Part shown: positions 1-4,523 of the stretch, piece after piece
Numbering within the stretch: position 1 is the first letter of the stretch
Layout: each line of letters begins with the position of its first letter
Sequence record: NC_023586.1
DNA from: Ralstonia phage 1 NP-2014
Direction: 5' to 3' (one strand)
DNA length: 8,460 nucleotides
Position numbers and translations under genes: made by a program
The notes under the pieces: model-generated
Databases searched by the model: none
The model's input: only the letters and a program-made list of their open reading frames with translations
What the model was told of the DNA's origin: nothing

Positions 1-61
1 CCCGCAAGCGCGCCAACGCTCCGGGGCCGACACGGTAGCTCTAACGGTTGGACACCCTACC

Positions 62-1012
62 ATGCGTGAAACTACGATAGCAGAAAACTATGAATACGGC
101 CAAGCGGCCATTTGGGGGAGTGATGCGCATCGTGCGAGCGTAGAGGTTCGCAGGATTGAGCGCGAAGAGTCGGATGCGGAGTTGTGGCCGGAAGGCCCGG
201 CGCGCCATGACATGATTGCTAAGGTGCGGGCGTTCGATGATGGCAGCGTCGAGTTCAGCGGCTACCGACGCACGGTTGTTCAGCGCCTGGGCGATCTGCG
301 CAATCTGCCCCGTCGTGCGCGCGGCGCGAAGCCTGAGACCGAAGATGACAAAGACGCCCGTGCCGCTAGCGTCAAGTCAGCAGCCAAGCGCGCCAAACAA
401 AACGTGCGCCTGCGCTGCAAGACAGCGCGCGTCACCCACATGGTCACGTTGACCACGCGTGAATGCATTACCGATCTGGAGCGTTTCTTGAAGCTCTGGG
501 ACGCGTTCCGGCGCATCATGGCCCGGCATCGCGAGTTCCACTACATTGTCGTTCCTGAGCCCCAGAAACGCGGTGCATGGCACATGCACGTCGCCGTCTC
601 TGGTCGGGCTGCCCTCAATCTCGCGCGCCGTGCATGGCTGAAGGTGGTGGGTGGTCGCGGCAAGGGTTACTGCCACATTCGCAATCCGCAGGGCGCTCAC
701 TTCGGCAAGCAATGGAAGCTTGACGCGCTGGCGAGCTACATCGCCAAGTACATCGGTAAAGAAATTGCCGAGACGCGTTTCAACAAGAAAAAGTACTACA
801 CCAGTCGCGGCATCAACGTTCCTGAAGCGGTCGTCTATGCGATTGAGAATAATCGTGGCGACTGTGCCGATGCCATCAAGGACGTGCTCACCACGCTGTG
901 CGCGGAGTTCGATATTGCGGATATCAGATGCTTTGTCGCGCTTGATGGCTCGTCTTATTTCGCTAGTGCGTCAAGGCCTGTTGAACTATCGGCCATAGCC
1001 AGTGTTTGTTGA
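62..1012 (+). CDS. Rolling-circle replication initiator (HUH endonuclease superfamily, gpII-like Rep)
   Basis: 316-aa ORF with the three HUH Rep motifs readable in the translation. Motif I is MVTLTT (aa 127-132). The HUH motif is HMHVAV (aa 174-179, nt 581-598). The two-tyrosine motif is YIAKYIGK (aa 226-233, from nt 737). The gene lies immediately downstream of the structured intergenic region. A ~125-aa highly charged N-terminal extension precedes motif I. No clear Shine-Dalgarno precedes ATG 62, so the start is less certain than the stop. Confidence 0.85.
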   Translation: MRETTIAENYEYGQAAIWGSDAHRASVEVRRIEREESDAELWPEGPARHDMIAKVRAFDDGSVEFSGYRRTVVQRLGDLRNLPRRARGAKPETEDDKDARAASVKSAAKRAKQNVRLRCKTARVTHMVTLTTRECITDLERFLKLWDAFRRIMARHREFHYIVVPEPQKRGAWHMHVAVSGRAALNLARRAWLKVVGGRGKGYCHIRNPQGAHFGKQWKLDALASYIAKYIGKEIAETRFNKKKYYTSRGINVPEAVVYAIENNRGDCADAIKDVLTTLCAEFDIADIRCFVALDGSSYFASASRPVELSAIASVC

Positions 1013-1187
1013 CTAAGTGGGCTATGAGGAAGATGGCGATCCAGAACAAGAGTCGCACGGTCCAGTGAGCGGACGGTTTTGGCGGGCTGTCGTGATGTTC
1101 GGTGAGCGTTCGTTTTTCTCGCGCTGCCTCTCTCGTTTCGCGTCTGAGTATCGCGTCGCGATACCAATCCCGATCGTGAATTCCCAT
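963..1187 (-). CDS. Hypothetical small membrane protein, possibly co-transcribed with the recombinase
   Basis: 74-aa ORF starting 16 nt after the recombinase stop. A GGGAGAGG SD-like element lies 4 nt before the ATG on the minus strand. It has one clear hydrophobic helix (VRLLFWIAIFLIAHLV) and its codon third positions resemble the other minus-strand genes. It overlaps the Rep 3' end by 50 nt, convergently. The competing + ORF 1017..1217 looks less protein-like. Confidence 0.4.
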   Translation of the reverse strand: MGIHDRDWYRDAILRRETREAAREKRTLTEHHDSPPKPSAHWTVRLLFWIAIFLIAHLVNKHWLWPIVQQALTH

Positions 1188-1202
1188 GATGCCTCTCCCG
1201 TG

Positions 1203-1793
1203 TTACGCGGCGTCTAGCAAGCTCGGTTGCACGCTTTCTTGGTGGCGCTTAATTGCACGTTTGATGCTGCTCATGTGCACGCCGTACATGCGAGCTATGG
1301 CCGACTTGGTCATTGTTCCTTGATGCCAAAGGCGTAGCGCTTCGGCTTCGTCCTCTCGGCTCATCGCATAGTGCCTGCCAAGTTTCACGCCGCGCCGTAC
1401 TGCCGCTTCCATGCCGGCTATTGTTCGCTCTCGGATTAGTTCGCGTTCGAACTCAGCAAAGGCGCCGACCATGTGGAACAGCATGCGTCCTGCTGGCGTT
1501 GTCGTGTCCAGCGATTCGGTGATTGACCGGAATTGCGCGCCTTTCTCTTCGATGCGTTCGATGATGCGCAGCAGGTCTTTTAGCGAGCGGGCGATGCGGT
1601 CCAACTTGTAGACAATGACCTGATCGCCCGGTTTGAGCGTGCGCAGTAGCTTCTCTAGCTGCGGTCTGCCGACCGTCGATCTGGCGCTGCGCTTTTCGGA
1701 AAAAATAAAACCGACGCCTGCTCGAAACAGTGCGTCGGTTTGTGCGTGCGTCTCTTGTTCTTGCGTTGAGACACGGGCGTAACCGTACAACAT
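1203..1793 (-). CDS. Small serine recombinase (resolvase/DNA-invertase family); presumptive phage integrase/excisionase
   Basis: 196-aa ORF with the classic N-terminus MLYGYARVSTQEQ, where the catalytic Ser is S9. It also has the conserved LDRIARS and GRMLFHMVGAFAEFERELIRERT core and a C-terminal HTH (MTKSAIARMYGVHMSSIKRAIKR). Size and layout match the Hin/Gin/gamma-delta-resolvase class, not large serine integrases. Confidence 0.95.
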   Translation of the reverse strand: MLYGYARVSTQEQETHAQTDALFRAGVGFIFSEKRSARSTVGRPQLEKLLRTLKPGDQVIVYKLDRIARSLKDLLRIIERIEEKGAQFRSITESLDTTTPAGRMLFHMVGAFAEFERELIRERTIAGMEAAVRRGVKLGRHYAMSREDEAEALRLWHQGTMTKSAIARMYGVHMSSIKRAIKRHQESVQPSLLDAA

Positions 1794-1831
1794 AGGCCCC
1801 CTGAAGATTGTTGTTTTCAGGGATTGTACGG

Positions 1832-1891
1832 GTTGCCCTAAGCAATGGCGGAGAGGGTCCTTTTTGAACCCCCTCCCGTGCTTAGGGCAAC
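1832..1891 (-). other. Candidate attP / recombinase site: 60-bp nested palindrome containing a tRNA-Ser 3'-end-like core
   Basis: Perfect 13-bp inverted arms GTTGCCCTAAGCA (1832-1844) and TGCTTAGGGCAAC (1879-1891). The interior is also imperfectly palindromic (CGGAGAGGG / CCCCTCCCG; GGTCC-TTTTT-GAACC) and is centred on the T5 tract at 1861-1865. On the minus strand the core reads GGGGGTTCAAAAAGGACCCTCTCCGCCA. This resembles the T-loop plus acceptor-CCA end of bacterial tRNA-Ser(CGA), which as I recall ends ...GGGGGTTCAAATCCCCCTCTCTCCGCCA in E. coli. The site lies between the recombinase start (1793) and the repressor stop (1895). Confidence 0.5.
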
Positions 1892-1894
1892 GGG

Positions 1895-2197
1895 TTAGGA
1901 GGCCATCCTTGCCGTCTGGCTCATGGCCCTAAGCTGCTTCAGAAAAACATTGGTGTACCGCTGCCAGAAGCTTTTTTGCTCCGGGTCTTTTGCGGTTTCA
2001 AGTAAGGCGATCACTTCCACGTGCTGCATGCCGCAGGCATCGGCCAGTGCGAATTCCTCTCGGACGCTAGGCGTTACAACGCCTGCTCGCATGTTTTGCA
2101 TGCGGATTTTGTCCATGCCTGCCGCGCGTGCTAGCGCCGCATAGCTATCGAACTTCCCTTTCTGTTTAAGAAAATCAATTGCCGTCTTTATGGACAT
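1895..2197 (-). CDS. Putative HTH transcriptional repressor (immunity/lysogeny regulator)
   Basis: 100-aa ORF with GGAGG 5 nt before the ATG on the minus strand. It has an HTH-like segment (SYAALARAAGMDKIRMQNMRAG). It is transcribed divergently from the rightward structural/replication genes across a repeat-bearing operator region. This is the same position as the repressor-like ORF described for phiRSM3, from memory. Confidence 0.65.
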   Translation of the reverse strand: MSIKTAIDFLKQKGKFDSYAALARAAGMDKIRMQNMRAGVVTPSVREEFALADACGMQHVEVIALLETAKDPEQKSFWQRYTNVFLKQLRAMSQTARMAS

Positions 2198-2204
2198 GGC
2201 AACC

Positions 2205-2263
2205 TCCGTGCATTAGGATTCAATTGCATTAGGTTCCTATTGCATTAGTAGGTTCCTAATGGC
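2205..2263. promoter_or_regulatory. Divergent promoter/operator region with phased TGCATTAG repeats
   Basis: TGCATTAG(G) occurs as direct repeats at 2209, 2225 and 2241, an exact 16-bp phasing. An inverted 7/8 copy, CTAATGGC, lies at 2256-2263 and forms a palindrome with the third repeat (CATTAG-N7-CTAATG). AGGTTCCT is repeated at 2231 and 2250. The region lies in the 104-nt gap between the repressor (minus) and the SSB gene (plus). I could not place exact -35/-10 boxes with confidence. Confidence 0.55.
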
Positions 2264-2301
2264 GTAACCATACACCAATTCGCTCACACGTCGGAGCCAC
2301 T

Positions 2302-2631
2302 ATGTCGAACTCTCAAAAGCTGACCATCATCGCAATCAACAGCCGTAACGGCGTCTCTGCCAAGACTGGCCGCCCCTACTCGATGCATGAGGCGCAATGC
2401 ATCCTGACCGAAGGTGTCCCCGACGCGAACGGCGTCGTTTCCGAGCAGGTGAAGGTTGGCCGCGTGAACGTCGCTGACGAACTCAAGGACACCACGCCCG
2501 GCGACTACGTGGCCGACTTCAAGTTGTTCGTCTCGCGTGATGGTGAGTTGGTTGCTCGCATCGTTGGCTTGAAGGCGCTGAACGTCCGCCCGGCTGCCAA
2601 CGCACCGAAAGCGCAAGCCGCTGCATCGTGA
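2302..2631 (+). CDS. Putative ssDNA-binding protein (gpV-like)
   Basis: 109-aa ORF and the first gene of the rightward operon. GGAG lies a few nt upstream of the ATG. Its size, position and soluble beta-rich-looking sequence with an Ala/Pro-rich tail fit inovirus gpV. The call rests on position and size only, with no diagnostic motif. Confidence 0.55.
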   Translation: MSNSQKLTIIAINSRNGVSAKTGRPYSMHEAQCILTEGVPDANGVVSEQVKVGRVNVADELKDTTPGDYVADFKLFVSRDGELVARIVGLKALNVRPAANAPKAQAAAS

Positions 2632-2649
2632 TCATTCTGCATAACGCAA

Positions 2650-2684
2650 AGCCTGCGGAGGGTATGTCCCTTCGTGGGCTTTTT
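2650..2684 (+). terminator. Possible rho-independent attenuator/terminator after the SSB gene
   Basis: As RNA, 2650-2662 (AGCCUGCGGAGGG) pairs with 2668-2680 (CCCUUCGUGGGCU) to give a 13-bp stem including 3 G-U pairs. The loop is 5 nt (UAUGU) and is followed by UUUU at 2681-2684. The hairpin sequesters the ATG at 2664 and its GGAGG. Confidence 0.4.
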
Positions 2685-2894
2685 CAGTTAACGGGGGTCG
2701 CGATGGGCGATTGGTGCAATTGCATTGAGTGCGTTGGCTATCAGCCGGAGCCTGAGTATTGCACGCGTTGTGGTGGCTCTGGTGAGGTGATGCATCTGGT
2801 TGGTGGAGGGCCGGATGCGTATGAAGAGCCGGGTGCTTGTGAGATCAGCCGGAGCCTGAGTACTGCACGCGTTGTGGTGGCTCTGGTGAGGTGA
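2664..2894 (+). CDS. Cys-rich DnaJ-type zinc-finger-like mini-protein, C-terminus frameshifted by a 104-bp tandem duplication
   Basis: The reading frame is open from GTG 2628, which overlaps the SSB stop. Possible starts are GTG 2628, ATG 2664 (GGAGG only 2 nt upstream) and ATG 2703 (GGGGG 5 nt upstream), so the start is uncertain. The translation contains CNCIEC and CTRCGGSG. After EPGACE it runs into the second repeat copy out of frame (ISRSLSTARVVVALVR*). The native C-terminus, LCGGTGVVPDHPF*, is left in another frame and ends at 2989. Confidence 0.55.
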   Translation: MSLRGLFQLTGVAMGDWCNCIECVGYQPEPEYCTRCGGSGEVMHLVGGGPDAYEEPGACEISRSLSTARVVVALVR

Positions 2895-2947
2895 TGCATC
2901 TGGTTGGTGGAGGGCCGGATGCGTATGAAGAGCCGGGTGCTTGTGAG
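2740..2947 (+). repeat. Tandem direct duplication, 2 x 104 bp, 103/104 identical
   Basis: Copy 1 is 2740-2843 and copy 2 is 2844-2947, compared base by base. The only difference is T2759 versus C2863. The unit length is not a multiple of 3. The flanks diverge immediately outside the unit. Confidence 0.97.
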
Positions 2948-3001
2948 TTGTGTGGTGGTACTGGCGTGGTGCCGGATCACCCGTTTTGACCGGAGGTTGC
3001 A

Positions 3002-3190
3002 ATGGGTCCGTTTTCGGCGTCGTGCAATGACGATTTTACCGTCCTTGGTGCTTGGTTGACGATCGCCAAGGCACTTGCGGTGCTCGGTGGTGGGCTGGCG
3101 ATGTTTGTGGTGCTGGCCGTGGTGTTGATCGTCTGCGGTCGTTATCTGTTCATGTTTGCTGACCGCGTGATGGGCTGGGGCGAGGAATGA
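3002..3190 (+). CDS. Small hydrophobic membrane protein (inovirus morphogenesis/minor-protein block)
   Basis: 62-aa ORF with GGAGG 5 nt before the ATG. It has a long hydrophobic core (LGAWLTIAKALAVLGGGLAMFVVLAVVLIV). Its stop overlaps the next start (ATGA). Confidence 0.6.
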   Translation: MGPFSASCNDDFTVLGAWLTIAKALAVLGGGLAMFVVLAVVLIVCGRYLFMFADRVMGWGEE

Positions 3191-3339
3191 GTCCGCAAAG
3201 CAAGCGGGTGGCCGTTGCGGGCTTGGTGCTCAGTGGCTTCACGTTTGTCTGCGGCTTCGGTGCAGGCATTAGTGCATGGATGGCATCTGACTACTTGCGC
3301 GCGGTGGTTTGGTACTTCCTCAACCGGTGGGGTTCGTGA
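3187..3339 (+). CDS. Small hydrophobic membrane protein (50 aa; below the ORF-track cutoff)
   Basis: Hand translation: MSPQSKRVAVAGLVLSGFTFVCGFGAGISAWMASDYLRAVVWYFLNRWGS*. It has an ATGA overlap with the upstream stop and a TGATG overlap with the next start. It is hydrophobic and its third-position usage matches neighbouring plus-strand genes. Confidence 0.5.
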   Translation: MSPQSKRVAVAGLVLSGFTFVCGFGAGISAWMASDYLRAVVWYFLNRWGS

Positions 3340-3485
3340 TGGACGAATGGAAGCGCATCGCATGGTTGGTGGCGGGCATCGTGCTCGGTGCGGGCTGGGC
3401 GTATGCCGCTTCGTGGCACTGGCTGCACGACGTTGACACGCGCGACGAGTTGGAGCGCGCGACAGCGCAAGTCTCGTATCGATAA
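3339..3485 (+). CDS. Small single-pass membrane protein (48 aa; below the ORF-track cutoff)
   Basis: Hand translation: MDEWKRIAWLVAGIVLGAGWAYAASWHWLHDVDTRDELERATAQVSYR*. The start overlaps the previous stop (TGATG). It has one TM-like helix followed by a charged tail. Confidence 0.5.
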   Translation: MDEWKRIAWLVAGIVLGAGWAYAASWHWLHDVDTRDELERATAQVSYR

Positions 3486-3494
3486 GGGGCGGAC

Positions 3495-4001
3495 GTGGGT
3501 ATCTCCGATTGGTTCTCTGGCTTGTTGGATGACGGTGCGTCAGACCGAGAGGAATACCTGCTTGCCGCTGACGAAATGCATGGCAAGCGCGAGCGTGCGC
3601 AGCGGAAGTTGGATGCGGCGAACCGTGAAGCTGATCGCGCATCGGAGCGACACATGGAAGCGATGGATCGTGAGTACGCCGCAACGCTAAAGATGTCGCT
3701 CGTCGCGGATCGCCTGGTTGTCGTGACTGACCGTTTGTGGGCTGCGGACAAGAACGGCGGGATGGACCCAGGGATGAAGTTGGCGAACTGGGATGACGAG
3801 GCGGAAGAGCTTGCAAGCATTTCGCACGGTCTGGAAATGCTGTCCCAGAGGTTTGAAGAGCAACGCGAACAGGCAGAGGCTGACGCGAGGGAGTGGGAAC
3901 GCAAGGCGTGGATGGCCATCGCTCGCGGTAATGAGTTGGAAGGACAAATTCGCAAGTACAGCGAGCAGTACGACGAGGCGATACAAGCCGCAGGGCTGTA
4001 G
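3495..4001 (+). CDS. Hypothetical acidic, coiled-coil-like soluble protein
   Basis: 168-aa ORF with a GTG start preceded by AAGGGGCGG. The composition is strongly coding-like and E/R/A/D-rich with heptad-like stretches (REQAEADAREWERKAWMAIARGNELEGQIRKYSEQYDEAIQ). It has no hydrophobic segment. The long antisense ORFs across it are Pro/Arg/Ser-rich shadows. Confidence 0.7.
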   Translation: MGISDWFSGLLDDGASDREEYLLAADEMHGKRERAQRKLDAANREADRASERHMEAMDREYAATLKMSLVADRLVVVTDRLWAADKNGGMDPGMKLANWDDEAEELASISHGLEMLSQRFEEQREQAEADAREWERKAWMAIARGNELEGQIRKYSEQYDEAIQAAGL

Positions 4002-4011
4002 GGAGAAACGT

Positions 4012-4098
4012 ATGAGCTATGACGGTTTCATGGTGTTGGCGGTGGGCTTCGTGGCGGTCTGTTTCTGCCTCGGCTTCATTGCGGGGAACACGCGATGA
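4012..4098 (+). CDS. Tiny hydrophobic protein (28 aa), gpVII/gpIX-like by size and position
   Basis: GGGAGA lies 5 nt before the ATG. Translation: MSYDGFMVLAVGFVAVCFCLGFIAGNTR*. Its stop overlaps the next start (ATGA). This is the C-terminal part of track ORF 3793..4098. Confidence 0.5.
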   Translation: MSYDGFMVLAVGFVAVCFCLGFIAGNTR

Positions 4099-4214
4099 GC
4101 TACAGCGTTTCGGACCTCGCTACGTATGCGGGCTTTTGCATGCTGTTCTTCTTTGCGGGCTGGCTTATCGGGTCGTTGTTTCGTCTCGGTCGCAAGCTGC
4201 TCGATCTTTTTTGA
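4095..4214 (+). CDS. Tiny hydrophobic protein (39 aa) with a coat-protein-like basic C-terminus; gpVII/gpIX-like or leaderless coat paralogue
   Basis: Translation: MSYSVSDLATYAGFCMLFFFAGWLIGSLFRLGRKLLDLF*. Its C-terminal FRLGRKL matches FRIGRKL of the major coat protein. The DNA shares a 14-nt identity, TCGGTCGCAAGCTG, at 4186-4199 and 4492-4505. Confidence 0.55.
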   Translation: MSYSVSDLATYAGFCMLFFFAGWLIGSLFRLGRKLLDLF

Positions 4215-4271
4215 CCGGTTGACGGGCCAAGCCGGGCAATTTCTCAACCGGCCCATATTTGGAGGTGAATC

Positions 4272-4523
4272 ATGAAGGTGAAGCTGGAAGGTCTGAAGCA
4301 CAAGGTGCTGCTGGCATCGGTTGCGGTGGTGGGCATGGCTGGCGCTGCTGCTGCGCAAGCGCAAAGCACGTTCGATTTTCCGAAGGCCATGCAACCGGTG
4401 TTCGATAGCACCACGTCGAACGCCACGGCGCTCGGCACCAAGGCCATCGCTGCTGCGGTCATCGTGTGGGGCATCTACATCGGCTTCCGCATCGGTCGCA
4501 AGCTGGTCAACAAGGTGGCGTGA
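4272..4523 (+). CDS. Major coat protein precursor (gpVIII-like)
   Basis: Has the strongest SD in the window (GGAGGTGA, 5 nt before the ATG). The 83-aa precursor has a signal peptide ending AAAAQA/QS. The mature ~53-aa part has an acidic/polar N-terminus, a hydrophobic helix (AIAAAVIVWGIYIGF) and a basic C-terminus (RIGRKLVNKVA). A terminator follows immediately, as in Ff phages. Confidence 0.85.
   Translation: MKVKLEGLKHKVLLASVAVVGMAGAAAAQAQSTFDFPKAMQPVFDSTTSNATALGTKAIAAAVIVWGIYIGFRIGRKLVNKVA

Noticed and set aside
62-1012. Internal in-frame gpX-like product within rep, or a gpXI-like product within zot
   Set aside because: Ff phages make such proteins from internal starts, and in-frame Met codons exist here. 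None has a convincing SD, so nothing in the sequence supports a specific internal start.
1017-1217. 66-aa plus-strand ORF after rep
   Set aside because: It has no SD and a composition unlike a real protein. It competes with a minus-strand ORF that has an SD, a TM helix and operon logic with the recombinase. Neither is certain, but the plus ORF is the weaker.
1847-1880. Possible tRNA-Ser gene on the minus strand
   Set aside because: Only the T-loop-like and acceptor/CCA-like 3' segments are present. The T-stem cannot pair (GGGGG against GGACC). No matching 5' acceptor strand (GGAGAGG), D-arm or anticodon arm exists upstream, where the sequence is the 3' end of the repressor gene. I interpret it as an att-site mimic, not a gene.
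2843-2894. Programmed -1 ribosomal frameshift rescuing the duplicated zinc-finger ORF
   Set aside because: A -1 shift in this interval would restore the native frame. However, I see no X XXY YYZ slippery heptamer or downstream pseudoknot-like structure. A duplication-caused frameshift is the simpler reading.
2209-2947. CRISPR-like array (operator repeats or the 104-bp repeats)
   Set aside because: The operator repeats are 8 bp with 8-bp gaps. The 104-bp units are directly adjacent with no spacers. Neither has CRISPR repeat-spacer geometry, and no cas genes are present.
3142-3955. Long minus-strand ORFs 3142..3816 (224 aa) and 3320..3955 (211 aa)
   Set aside because: Their translations are Pro/Arg/Ser/Ala-rich low-complexity sequence, typical of antisense shadow frames in GC-rich DNA. 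They run opposite a tightly coupled chain of plus-strand genes with SD sites and sensible protein features.
4215-4251. Hairpin CCGGTTGA (4215-4222) / TCAACCGG (4244-4251) upstream of the coat gene, as a terminator
   Set aside because: It has a perfect 8-bp stem, but the loop is 21 nt and no T-run follows. It may be an RNA-stability or processing element, or it may overlap a promoter (TTGACC/TTGACG at 4211 and 4219). I cannot support a specific call.
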